Positions 51,430 through 63,569 of a DNA stretch of 64,000 nt are shown here, piece after piece. The notes under the pieces were generated by a model, which saw only the letters and a list, made by a program, of their open reading frames with translations, was not told the DNA's origin and ran no database searches. A program made the translations under genes and the position numbers. Source of the stretch: Lama glama (taxonomy: Eukaryota); NCBI GenBank assembly GCA_028534125.1, contig CM052816.1:7070001-7134000 (forward strand). The letters run 5' to 3'. Every line of letters starts with the position of its first letter. Position 1 is the first letter of the stretch.

Positions 51430-52457
51430 AAAAAGAATGAAGGTGATTGATCTGTACTACTAAAGAATAATCTCTAAGATATTTTGTAAAGTGAGAAAAG
51501 CAGGGTGCAAAACTGTGTATAGTATGTCTTTTGTTTAAAAAAGGGGATTAGGGTAGGATGGAGACTGACTTTTTCCCTGTGTATCCTTCTGTGCTATTTG
51601 AAATTTTAAAAACAATATGTTGGGATTTTGCCTGTAATCCTGCAACCCACCAAGATAACTTCTAGTAACATTTGCTGTAGTTCATTTCAGGCTTATTTTT
51701 ATGTCAATAAATGGAATCGATGTATACATTCATATATAGGAACTATAATCCTGTACATTTCCCTCTCTTCTTTGATAGGTACTCATTTGTTATCTCTAAT
51801 GAGTTTTCATAATGCTACTTCTCGTTAAAAGTGCACTCTCTCTGCTTAATCCACTCCTCCTCAATTCTCTGAGCTAGTCTCTCTTCCTCTGCCTTTCCTT
51901 TACTCCTCCTCTGCCCCCCGCAGTGATCTTGCTTTCCCCAGCTCCAGTGTACAGATGTTTCCAGTGCTACCTTCACTGGTCTCTCTCTCTCCCTCTGTGC
52001 CTCCCTAATTTAGAAAGTGCCTGGCAGGTAGGGATGGGGTGGAGGGGTAACGTGTGCATTTTGCCAGTAGGGGAAGACCCAGTGCCAGGGGGCCAGCAGA
52101 GATCCTAGCAAATTAGAAGACTTCTAATATTTTTTGATGCCTACCTTGTGCCAAGCAATATGCTAGGGAGTTTGCATATGTTACCTTATTTATTCCTCCA
52201 AACAATACTTCAAAGTGGGTTTCTTTGAGGGAACTCTAAGCCCTGGAACAGTCATGGTATATGCCCATTGTCTTGGCATCATTATTAATGGCATCCCCTT
52301 TCACCCTCTAAAGGTTCAGATAAAAAACTGTACAGTTATCTTATCTATCCCCTTTTATAAGTGAGGCTGTAGAGGCTTAGAGAGGTAAAGTAATTTGTCC
52401 AAGGTTATACAGCTGGCAAATGATAGGGCTAAGATTCAAACTCGGTCTACACGGCTC

Positions 52458-52844
52458 TGCTGTGGACTGAAATGTGTTTCCCCCAAAATTCATGGTTGAC
52501 ACCCTAAACCCCCAATGTGACTGCATTTGGAGACAGGGCCTATGAAGAAGTGATAATGGTTAAATGAGGTCTTAAGAATGGGGCTCTAATTCAATAGAGC
52601 TGGTGCCCTTTATAAGAGGAGAAGGAGATACCAGAGCTAGCTGGCTCTACCCTGGGAGAACACAGCAAGAAGGCAGCTATCTGCCAGCCAGGAAGAGAAC
52701 TCTCACCAGAAACCAAATCAGCTGGCACCGTGATCTTTGACTCTCTAGTCTCTAGAACCATGAGAAATGTGAGAAATAACTTTCTGTTGCTTAAGTCACC
52801 CAGTCAATGATACTTTCTCATGGCAGCCTGTGCAGATAGAGATG
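52458..52844 (+). mobile_element. MaLR (MLT1A/B or MST-like) solo LTR nested in a MIR
   Basis: TGTGGACTGAAATGTGTTTCCCCCAAAATTCAT...CCCCAATGTGACTGCATTTGGAGACAGGGCC...TTTCTGTTGCTTAAGTCACCCAGTC; flanks GGCTC/GGCTG. Confidence 0.85.
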
Positions 52845-54006
52845 GGCTGTAATATCCATGCCCCTTCCACTCACCATGCTGGTGGGCCTAGTCATCCAGG
52901 GCCAGTGTGAGTCCGCGACTGGTCCACACCTAGACTTAACCCTTCTATTTTGTTTTCCTTGAACTTGAGCCAACAGTGGAGTCATGATCCTCTTCTCTAA
53001 ACTGAAGTAGGCAACTCGTCACTTCCTGAATCAGTCTGGGTCCAAACAGGAGAGAGAAACCACACCATAATTTGAATAAGGAGAATTTAAAGGCTGTAAT
53101 GGGGCTATACTAATGAGGGATTAGTATGAAGTAAAGAGAACTCAAGAATATAGGAGCAGCAGATACGGGGAGCAACCACTGCTGACAGCGTTAAATAGTA
53201 AAATGGAGTGCCCAAAGAAGAATCCTGCACCTCACACACCCAGGCCAAGATCCAAGCCTTGTGGCTTACTGAATGGCAGGGGAGTGGCTATGGTGCCATG
53301 CAGGTGGAACTTGCTAGAAAGTCATCCTCTAGGCTGGAAAACTGCCCTCTAGGATGCTGGAGAAAGCTGCTCACAGAGAATCATCTCACTGGAGTTACTG
53401 TGCTATGAAAGCACGTAAGCTGGGCAGGTATTGGGGGAAGGTGCTGGATGCTGGTCCCTGTATACCTGGCCTCGTGTCAGGGAAGCTGTCCTCAGAAGGG
53501 CGCAGAGGCCAATCACAGGTACTGCAAGAGCCGGGAGGGTGAGCATGCTGGAATCCTAAAGGAAAACCTTTCCTCTTCCAGTGTCTCTCCAGAGCCTTTA
53601 TTGGCAAAGTTTACCATCCTGCCATCAGGCAAAGGTAAAACATTGTTTCAGAGGTCAAGATTTTCACAAGCAGGCACAAAGGATGAATTGGAGCTAAGAG
53701 ACAGTGTATCAACAACCAGCACACTTCCTCAAAAGGATTCCATGTATTAAGACTATAGCTTTCTTCAATGAGTGGTTCTCCAAACTAGGAGGAGGAGGGG
53801 GACTAAAAGTATACCTGGATATTAGGGGACAGCGCATCTAGGGAGAAGCTAGAAATCTGAGTTTTTAGTACGCTTCCCAAGTAGTTCTATTAATGAGAGA
53901 TTTTTTTTCTTTTCTTTGACGAAAGACTTTTCAAACTACTAAGACGGACCCTCCCACCCCCCAAAAAAAGGAGTCCTTGGATATTCCAAGGACAGAACCA
54001 TCCTGG

Positions 54007-54010
<4 letters not shown>

Positions 54011-54092
<82 letters not shown>
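54011..54092. repeat. (GT)41 perfect microsatellite
   Basis: 82 nt of uninterrupted GT. Confidence 0.99.
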
Positions 54093-54093
<1 letters not shown>

Positions 54094-54639
54094 TGAAGTT
54101 CTGCATCTTGGTATGCCTGTTTCTCTAAGTGTCCTAGAGCATCTCGGCCTCCTTTTGCCTTCACTCATGGCCGTGGGTCTCAAGTGTAGCTTCATCTCTG
54201 CATCTCTCTCTGTGCCTGCCTCTCAGTCTTAATATCTCTGCCTCCCCAGCAATACCCTCTCGTGTCTTTCAACTCTTGCATGCTATTCCTTCTGCCTCCC
54301 TCCTTCCCAAATAGCCCCTATTCCGTCTTCAGATGAATGAGTACTTTCCCCCTTTAATTTCCTCCTCTCTTCATGAACCGCCCCCACTCCCTCCGTTCTG
54401 AGTTAGAGATCCTTTCTATGTTCCCATGACACAGCTCTTTTAACACTGCATTATCATTGCCTGCGTCCCTGGCTCCCTACTAGTCTGTATCTTTCCACTA
54501 CTGCACCCTGGATCCCTAGTACAGTGCCGGCCCATGGCTGGTAATCAATAAATATTGACTGAGTGAATCAATGAGATTGTCCCTTTAGGGAGGGACGGGG
54601 TCTGTCCAGTTCACCACAGGTTCCCGTATTCCCAGCGCC

Positions 54640-55120
54640 TTGTCTAAGCCTGGCATGGAGCAGCCGTCCTAAACGCGGCCAACAGGCAAGGCAGACCAGC
54701 CCAGCGACCCTCCCACCGCCTCCCTCCGACGTGGCTGGTGTCCAGAGGCCCCGCCCCGGCCGGAAGGAGGCAGACACGCCAATCGCCTTCAGGCAGCTGC
54801 CCGCCCGAGAGGCCGGAGGGGCGGGGCCGGGAGCGGAGGGCCGCTCCTGCAGGCGCGCACACCCGGAAGCACAGTCGCGCCAGCGCTCACAGCGGGGGAA
54901 GGCGTCGCCGCCGCCACCGCCGCCACCACCTCAGTCATGCCGGTAAGTGGTCGCGCCGCCCCCGCCCCCGCCCCGCGCGGACCCGGGGCCTCCGGCTGGC
55001 GCCTCGCCTGCACCGCCGCTTGGCCAGAGGTCGCTCTTCAAGCGCTCAGGACGCGGCCGGAGCTGTTGTCCCTCTTCTCACCCTTCTCCACTCAGCCTCC
55101 AGCTTCTTCTACCCCTTGCA
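54640..55120 (+). promoter_or_regulatory. ATOX1 CpG island / TATA-less promoter
   Basis: CpG rich. GC boxes at ~54749 and ~54817, CCAAT at 54779-54783, ETS-type CCGGAAG at 54760 and 54863. Confidence 0.88.
54937..54942 (+). CDS. ATOX1: ATOX1 exon 1 coding part (ATG CCG)
   Basis: CAGTCATGCCG|GTAAGT, a consensus donor in the CpG island. Confidence 0.96.
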
Positions 55121-58100
55121 GAATCGGGTCCAAAGGGCGTTTTATCTCAGAGTCAGGCTTCAGAACATCGAAGGTGCAAGGCCTCCAAGCGAGTACAAGG
55201 CCAAACCTTCCATGCATAGACGGGGTAACTGAGACCTAGAGAGGGGCAGAGAGTCACCCGAGATCACACAGGGAGTTGGTGGCGAGTCAGAACTGGGATG
55301 CCTGGTCCCTGCGCCTTTCACCTGAAGATCCCTTCCCGGGGAGCTGGCCTGAAAGAGGGGGATGGGGTGGCCATTGTCTCTCGGACAGGGCAAGTGCTAA
55401 GAAATCCGCGTTTTTCTTCCGTTCCCCTGCCCACTCTTTCAGGTCAGCATTGGGCGACACTGAGTGGAGACATGCTTTTAACCTTTCCTATGTCACATTA
55501 TGAACCTGAACCCATGAGCTCCAGAGAGGTTCAGGGACCTGCCCAAAGTCACCAGTTGCTCAGTGGCAGAGTTTGGGGAAGGAATGAGCAGGTCTTAGCC
55601 CACCTTAGCAGCTCACTCAGTCTTATGGTCAATTATGCACGGTTGCTCATGGCCTCATTTTGTAGGTAAAAAAACTAAGGCCTTTTGCAGATTAAAAAAA
55701 TTAAAAGCCCAGTCTTTTATTCAGGTAGCTTGGGAGTTGGGTGTGGCCAGGATTAAGCCCCTTATCTTCAGGCTCCTGTCTCTCCTGGCCTGAGCACACG
55801 CCAGATGCCCAACAAACTAGTCATACCGGTTTAGGAGGAAGCTCTGGTCTCAGGTGCATCTTGGAGATCCTGAATGGACTCATGTGTTTAGCACATGACA
55901 TCCCCCCGGGGTGCCTAGTTTTATGGCTTTGCTCCAACTAGGTATCCAGAGGTGTCCTGCAGGTGCCCTGTGTCTTAGCAGCCTAGCTTGGGGAAGCAGA
56001 CAGGTGAGCCAGAGGCCCCCTGGGTCAGGCCACAAACATCTCAGGTGTCACTTCCCTTGGGTCTTGCCAGGTGCCTTGAGACAAATCCTCAGACAACACA
56101 AAGTTTGGACAAAGAACCTGACATCAGCCCTCCCAGTTGAACAAATCTGCCTGTGGCAATGTTAGAGGACAGCATTTATCACCCTGAGACCAGGATGGTG
56201 GAGGCTACTGGGTTTTTGCGGGAGATGGCAGTGAGGGGAAGGCCAGCTTGAGGGTCGCTCAAGTCTGCATTCACTTCTGGAGATTCTGACAAGTAAAAGA
56301 CCCACCAGATTGGATGATCAGAATGAGGAGGGCACTTGGCACCATATCACGAGATGAACAGCTGAAGGTGAAAGGGTATTAGTCAAGTGACTGTCACCGA
56401 AACTGGAAGAGGAAGAGTGTGTCTCTGGAGAGGTTTCTCAGACAAACACTAGGAATCTCAGAAACCTCTTTGAAAAATCTGTGCCCCAGCTTGCCAACTG
56501 GGTGCTCAGGCAAGCTGCTATACCTGTGGTGCCTTGATTTCCTCACCTGTAAAATGGGGATAAAAACTGACCTCACAGGACTGTCGTTAATATTAACTGG
56601 AAAAATGCCAGTAAAATACATAGCACCAGCCACTGACGTAGCTAGTCCCCAAGAAATGGTAGCTCTGTGTATACCTAGGACAAGTAGGGTAGAACTGTAG
56701 GCAGGCAGGTTTCAACCCAATTTTAACAAGGACCACAGTGGGTGAGATTTTAGGCTTCGGGCACTATATCCAGTGTAGGCCCTGCTACTCACTAACCAGC
56801 TGTGTCACCCTGAGCGAGCGACCTAACCTCATCTGTAAAGGAGCTCAGTAGTAGAGCATGTGCTTAGCACGCACAAGGTCCTGGGTTCAATCCCCAGTAC
56901 CTCCATTAAAAAAAAAAATTAAATAAATAAATAAACCTAATCCCCCCCCACAAAATTTGGGGAAAATAGAGGATAATAATAATGCTTACCTCATGAAGTT
57001 GTTGTGATGATTAAACAAGATAATTCATGGATAATGCCTGGTACATAGTAGGTACTCTCACATTACTATGTTCCCATATTCCCAACCATCAGGGTGTTCA
57101 AAGACTGAATGTCCTGGTTATTGGAGAAAGAATTTCGTAAAGAGGGGAGGGAGGCTGGGCAATGTGACCCATTCTATTTCTGCCCTTCCAGTTCTGAGAT
57201 TCTTTTAAAGAACTGTGCAGACAACTGGGCCCTTTCATCTACTTTATGGGACCTGTTTTATAAGCGACAGAGCAGAGGCTCTGAGTGGCTGGGTTTGTGC
57301 AGAGTAAAAAGTGGGGCTGGTTTGGGGATTCTCTGTAAAGGATTACTCTGTCCATTTACTTTTTGCAACCCAGCAGTGGAGAAAGCACTGAATTGTAACA
57401 GCTGCCACCCTGGAAGCCTCTGACCTCTGTACCCTGAAGGATGAAAGGAGACCTGCTCTCTGTAGCCTACAACAGAGAGCTCTAGAGCTCTGTTGACGTT
57501 AGGTCCTTGGGAAGCAAAAACTTCACAAGCCGTTCCCATCTCAGGACTCTGCTAAGAGTCATAGTTATGGTGTGTGGCAGCCCTATCTGCTGGTCCAAAA
57601 CCAGCAGGGGGTCCTTGGACCCAGGAAAGCCTGGGTTCACACCGTAGCCTCAGCACATGACTGGGCAGCTGCATTAACCCTTGAAACCTCAGTTTTCTCC
57701 TGAATATATTAGGGTGATTAGCTCCCTTTCTAGGCTGGGTGAGGGCTGACTTAGATACTATATAAAGAGCATTGCACATAGTGAGCATTCAGTAGATTTG
57801 GGTTTTACATTGGCCTTGCAAACCGTTAAAGCTTTGGATGCGTGTACAGGTGCAACACACTGAAGATAAGGTTATTCTTTTTGTTTGTTTTTTAATTTTT
57901 AAATTTTTATCATGGGGAGGTAATCAGGTTTATTTTCTTATTTATTTTTCAATGGAGGTACTCGGAATTGAACCTAGGACTTTGTACATGCTAGGCGTGC
58001 AATCTACCACTGAGCTATACCCTCCCCACCAGACAGATGATAAGGTTATTCTAGAGCAGGAGTCAGCAAACTTTTTCTTTAAAGGCCAGATAGTAAATAC

Positions 58101-61100
58101 CTATGGATAATAGATAAGGTTGAAACCATATGGTCTGTTCCAACCACTCAACTCTGCCATTGTGGTGTGAAAGTAAACGAATAACTCAATTATGTTCCAG
58201 TAAAACTATATAAAATCAGGTCACAGGCAAGCTGGAATCTGCCAATTTGTGTTCTAGAATAGAATGTCAAAGTATAACGTGGGCAGGAATAAACTGGGTG
58301 TCAGAGGGGGGTGGGGAAAGAACTGGAGATTAAACCCAGGATCTCATGCATGCTAAGCATGCGTTCTATCACTGAGCTATACCCCGCCCCCGGGGTTCCT
58401 GGTCTTGATGGTTAGGTAATTCAGCACTAGAAAACCAAGCTGCTTAACTCTTGGCCTCAGTTTCTCCTGTACAGCATGATAATAATCCAGACCCAAAGAT
58501 GTTTCGAGACTTGGAAAGAGCTTGAGAAGCCACTTAGACCAGTTTTTCTCAGGTGTGTGGTTTTGCCTCCCTGTCTCACCTCAGGGGGTTAAAAATGGAG
58601 AGTCCTGGGCCCACCCAGAGCCACAGAGCCGACTGAGGCAGCTGCCTGCAGGGCTGCACGGTCCCCAAGTCTCCCCATGATTCTTATGTGCACCGGGGCT
58701 GAGAAAACTGAATTGGCTAATGGCTTTTTGGTATGGAAAAGGGGACTGGGGCCCTTAAGGGCAGGGATTTTGCCTGAGGTCTTCCAATCAGATACAGTGC
58801 TGTGCCCCGAATTCCAGTTGAAGTAATAGATTTGAAATGCTCCATGAAAAATGTAGCCAAGCTTTTTTAAAGGGACAGAAAAGCAGGAAGTAGAACAAAC
58901 TAATAATGATAATCCAACAGCTAACTTTTTACCCCAGAACCTACTACTAGGCTCCAGTCTCTTTTCCTAACATTAATTATCTATTGTTTCTGAGTAATTA
59001 CCCCAAAACTTAGTGGTTTAAAACAACAAATTTAACTCACAGTTTCTGAGAGTCAGCAGTCTGGAAGCTGCTTAGCTGGTGTTCTGGCTCAGGGTCTCTC
59101 ATGAAGCTGCAGTGAAGATGTGTCCAGGGCTGTGGTCATTTGAAGGAGGCTCTGCTTCCAAGGTGGTGCCGTCACACGGCTGTTGGCTGGAGGACTCATT
59201 CCTCACCACGTGCACCTCTCCGTAGGGTTGCGTGAGGGAAGTCAGCTTCCTCCAGAGTGAATGACCCCAGAGAGAGAGTAAGGCAGAAGCCACAGTGTTT
59301 TTTCTGACTTACCCTCAGAGGGCATTTAACGTCACTTCAGCCATATTCTACTGGACACACAGGCCAACCATGAGACATTGTAGAATGGGACTGTTCAAAG
59401 GCATAAATAACCAGGAGTCTGAGATCGCTGGGCCATCTTACATGCTGCTTACCATGCTTAAAATCCTATGTTCACCCCATTCACCAACCTGGGGAGGGAC
59501 TCTAATCCCATTTTTGCAGCTACAGAAACCAAGGCACAGAGGAGTTAAGTAACTTACTCATGGTCACACAGCCACTAAGTGCCACCAGAGCTGGGATCTG
59601 AAGCGGTTCTTGTTCCAGAGATTTAACATAAAGGAAGTATTAGTATAAGTCATCTTTGAAAGCAAAGGAAGGACCCAGAAGTCTTCCACCAGCTGTATTA
59701 ATCATCTATTCACTCAACAAAATGTGTTAAGCACCTACTCTGTGCCAGGCAGTATTCCCAGTATTGAGGGTGCAGCAGTGAACTGAACAAAGCCTCATCA
59801 TCTGGGAGCTTGCCGTCAGGTTGGTTGGCTATCCTGGAGACTGTAGGATGTTGGGCCACATGGAGAGTCCGGGAGCCTGGGTTCCCTGACCGGCCCAGCT
59901 GCAGCTCGCTGGGCACGCAGGCAAATCCTTTCCCTTCCCAGGACTCAGGTGCTGCCTCTGAGCTGCTCGGGCAGTGGTCTCAGTATTTCAGACTCACCAG
60001 GGCAGCTTACTGGCCATTAAAAGGCCCCCGCGCAGGCTTGCTGATCAGAACCTATCATTGTTGCAAACTCCCATGTGATTCTAATGCAGAAAATGATCTT
60101 CTGATGCATAAATAAGACGGCAGATCAGCATTGCTCAGAGTATGGGGCCCACCCACATCAGTTATTAGTGATCCTGAGACAACCCCCTAGCTGGAGAATC
60201 AGGATTTTGAAGGTGAGACTAGAAACCAACATCTTAAGTTAACTCCCCAGGTGATTCTCCTCGCTGTGCACTAGACACCACTGGAAGATTTGTAGGGATT
60301 CTCTCCTTTAACACACAGCCTGCGAGATACAGAAGCTCTCAGTTACTCCACTGTGCAGCTGAAGAGAGTGGGGCTCAGAAACAGCCTACGGGAGAGGCTG
60401 CCCACAGCCGATCCTGCTGACTCTCTGCCCTCTGTCTTGGCCTGTGAGTGGGGTGTGGGGGCTCCTCTGCAGGACTTGGCTCATGGTCCCTTTTGTTTCA
60501 GAAGCACGAGTTCTCTGTGGACATGACCTGCGAAGGCTGCTCTAATGCAGTCACTCGGGTCCTCAACAAGCTGGGAGGTGAGTGAGTGGCCCTTGGTGAG
60601 GGGCGGGGCAGGGACACCCATACACTTATATCTTGTTCAAATGCATGCAGACAGGGCTGATAATAATAAAACCAAAATGTATTGAATATTGAGCATGTGC
60701 CAAGTACTCTGCTCAGTGGCTTCTGTGGAGCACGTCATTTAATCCTCACCACAAACATTTCAGGGAGCTTCTTTGAGTGCCTCCATTTCAAGCAGGAGGG
60801 AACTGAAGTTCAGAGAGGTTAACTAACTTAACGCGATCACACAGCCAATAAGTGGCAGAGCTAGAATTTGGCCACAGCAGAACCCTGGCAGTACTAGTTA
60901 ATATGTTGGCAGTCCCACTCATCTGCAGTGTGGTAACTTTTGTTATGGAAATGTTTGACTGTCATTTTCAATTAAGATTTTCAAAGCTTTAACACTGTAA
61001 GAAATATTGGATCAGTCATGTGCAGAACTCCTGAAGTCCCTCTTTTGGACACAGAAAACCATTATTGTCCTCCAGCCCCCTCAGTTCTCAGGCTGGGGTC

Positions 61101-63165
61101 TGGTCCTGGGGTTCCATGACAGACCTGTGATCAGATTCTGGTGGTGCTAGAGCAGTCAGTCTTTTAAGATGTTCATTTTTAAAACCCTAGATAATAATAA
61201 CACCCAATTTGCCACGGGCTGTCACGTGATGTCATCTCATTAGCACTCACTGCAGTCCTATGAGCCGTACTTGCTGCCTGAGGAATGGAGGATGTTGACT
61301 CCAGGGCCTGGGAGGGGAAGTAACTTGCTCACAGTCCCACAGGGAGTGAGTCCATGGCTGGTTTTAGACCGTAACTGAGATCTGAACTTGAAAGAATCTG
61401 AAACAGTGGGAAGTACCTGGCTGCCCACCCGCCGTGTGACCGTGGCCTCCTCTCCCCGGGGCCGGCCTTCCCCAGCTGCGCCCTGGGAACGTCCGTCTCT
61501 CAGCTTTGCTGTGGATGCTTTCAGCATGGAACTCTGCTATGCAAGTGGCTGCTCTGGGTGAAGGGAGGGCAGGCCTGCTTTCGCTCTTGCCGGCTCCAGG
61601 ACACTTGCGGGCTTCAGGGCACACAGCTTGAAATCCACTGGGTCGTATGATCCCAGAGGGTCTTGCGGCTCTCTGATGCCACTCAAATATTTATTCCAAA
61701 GAGGAGGGAGACACATGTAAACCAAAAGACAGAGCCCAGAGTACAGCCAGGATCCACTGTACTCCCCCATCCCCAGTATCCGTTTGGTACAGAGTCCGAG
61801 GGCAGGACTAAGTCCTGTGCCCTGTGCTTCTTGAGGCCCCTTTGCTAGTGCTGGAGGATTTGCCTTTGAGCTCGGGTGAGTTTCTACCCATCTTCCACTC
61901 TTCTCTCCACTTGGATGGCATCCTGAGAAAGTTCAGAAGGGTTGTCTGAGCTGATTGGGGGCCACAGATAGGCAGCGCCAGGCATACTTGAACTGGAAAG
62001 CCCATGAGGGCTGGCCGACCCCAACTCCTTCATGTAACCGATGGGGAAACCGAGGCCTGTGATGGGCAGGACCCAGCCAGTCCGTGGTGAAGCCAGGCCT
62101 GAGACCTGTCAGGGGCCTCCTGTCTGTATTCTGTTGTCTCAGCGAGACCCATTCCACATATTCCTGTGTGCCACTAGGGGGCTTTAAAAGGGCACGGCCC
62201 TTTAGGGGTGCAGTTTTGCAAAATCTATGCTACATTTGAAACATGCCAATCTGTTGCCCCACAGTTTTCATCCTATGAATTCATGGTATAGGCATATTTT
62301 CACAAGTTTCCTAAGATGCGTTCAAATATGTTTACTATAGCGCTGTTGTGATAATAGTGAGAAATCGGAAGCAATCTCAGTACCCTTCAGTGGGAGATTG
62401 AGATGTGTGGGTCATCCACAGTGGGGAATATGGGGTAGCTGTTAAAAAAAAGAATGAAGTAAGTCTATATGTACTGAGATGGCAGGACATCCTGGACATT
62501 GGAAAGTGAAGTACAGTAAGACCCGTCTACATAGTATGATGCCACTCGGGAAATTACTTCCCATTTGTCCATCAGAGAAAGACTGGGCAGGGGCCCTGCT
62601 GTTCACAGTGATCCTGAGAGGTAGGAAATAGTAGGGGGCCCCTTACAGTTTTAAATTTTATTCAGAAATGTTTGTTCCCCCCCTTTTTTAAATGGTATGT
62701 CTGTATTACTTCTGCAACTAAGAAAGAAACTTAACAGAAGCCCTGGTCTAGAGCAGGGATGGGCAAACTACAGCTCCTGGGCCCAGTCTAGCCCACAGCC
62801 TGTTTTTGGGCAGCGGAGAGTGGTCTCTTACATTTTTATACGGTTGTAAAGACAACACACAGAAGACTATGCAGCAGAGTTCGTGCAGCCCACCGTGCCT
62901 AGAACATACGCTCTCTGGTCCTTTTCAGGAGAAGTTTGCTGATCCCTGGTCTAGAGGGAAGAGGAGGGTGGTTGTGAATAATTCAGGAGCCTGACTGGGA
63001 GCATCTCCCCCCTCCCCACCCCCACGTGCTCTTCCCGCAGGAGTTCAGTTTGACATTGACCTGCCCAACAAGAAGGTCTGCGTCGACTCCGAGCACAGCG
63101 TGGACACTCTGCTGGAGACCCTAGGGAAAACAGGAAAGGCTGTTTCCTACCTCGGCCCCAAGTAG
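54937..63165 (+). CDS. ATOX1: ATOX1 copper chaperone, 68 aa: MPKHEFSVDMTCEGCSNAVTRVLNKLGGVQFDIDLPNKKVCVDSEHSVDTLLETLGKTGKAVSYLGPK
   Basis: Join of 54937-54942, 60502-60577 and 63041-63165 = 207 nt. MxCxxC metal-binding motif and KTGK with K60. Head-to-head with G3BP1, as known in other mammals. Confidence 0.99.
56841..56955 (+). mobile_element. Vic-1-like SINE nested in a MIR
   Basis: AGCTCAGTAGTAGAGCATGTGCTTAGCACGCACAAGGTCCTGGGTTCAATCCCCAGTACCTCCATTAAA; interrupts the MIR core CATCTGTAAA...GATAATAATAATGCTTACCTC. Confidence 0.85.
57879..58030 (-). mobile_element. Full-length Vic-1-like SINE with TSD
   Basis: Reverse-complement tRNA-Ala-like head and T-rich tail; GATAAGGTTATTCT repeated at 57865-57878 and 58039-58052. 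Confidence 0.9.
58057..58251. mobile_element. MER58A-like MITE
   Basis: CAGGAGTCAGCAAACTTTTT..TAAAGGCCAGATAGTAAATA; flanks TTCTAGAG/TTCTAGAA. Confidence 0.75.
58318..58392 (-). mobile_element. Vic-1-like SINE head
   Basis: Reverse complement of GGGGTATAGCTCAGTGATAGAACGCATGCTTAGCATGCATGAGATCCTGGGTTTAATCTCCAGT. Confidence 0.8.
58975..59450 (-). mobile_element. MLT1-type MaLR LTR
   Basis: AATTACCCCAAAACTTAGTGGTTTAAAACAACAAATT...CTCACAGTTTCTG...GGCTCAGGGTCTCTCATGA. Confidence 0.75.
60502..60577 (+). CDS. ATOX1: ATOX1 exon 2 (KHEFSVDMTCEGCSNAVTRVLNKLG)
   Basis: TTTTGTTTCAG|AAGCAC ... GGAG|GTGAGT, 76 nt. Confidence 0.98.
62171..62182 (+). promoter_or_regulatory. Candidate CTCF site in ATOX1 intron 2
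   Basis: CCACTAGGGGGC matches the CTCF core CCASYAGRKGGC. Confidence 0.55.
62754..62948. mobile_element. MER58-type hAT-Charlie MITE with perfect 8-bp TSD
   Basis: TIRs CAGGGATGGGCAAACT / AGTTTGCTGATCCCTG; GTCTAGAG at 62746-62753 and 62949-62956. Confidence 0.9.
63041..63165 (+). CDS. ATOX1: ATOX1 exon 3 coding part; the exon continues as UTR to a donor at 63209
   Basis: CCCGCAG|GAGTT; TAG at 63163-63165; GGCAG|GTGGGT at 63209/63210. Confidence 0.97.
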
Positions 63166-63569
63166 TGAAGGCCCAGGCCCCTGGCTTGCAGGATGGACCA
63201 AAGCGGCAGGTGGGTGAGGCCCCGGCACCTCAACGAGGTATGTCATTACCAAACGCAAATGACAAGCTCAGGGGCTCCTTCCAGCCCCGCTGTGAGTAGA
63301 CAGAGCACTGCATGATGTCTCCCAGGGACCCCTCTATGACTTGGGGGTACATTTCATCAGCAGCAGGGTTTAAGTTTAGAGCATATGGCCTTGAGCAGTG
63401 TGGCTTTTGCTGTGCCAAGTTAACTGTCCCATCAGAGGTGACACGCCCTGGGTCTTGTGGTCCTGTGCAGTGACCAGGTAAGTTATTTCTCCTTGGCCTC
63501 TGTCCCCACCTGGAACCATTATCCACTTCTTGAGCATGCCCTCTGCCCAGACTGGTGCAAAAGCAACAG

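Noticed and set aside
53890..54232. THTH/CVCV repeat proteins
   Set aside because: These are translations of the (GT)41 microsatellite.
54568..55669. Overlapping ORFs at the ATOX1 promoter, including 54937..55239
   Set aside because: GC-rich artefacts. The 54937 ORF is the real ATG read through the intron 1 donor; only 2 codons are exonic.
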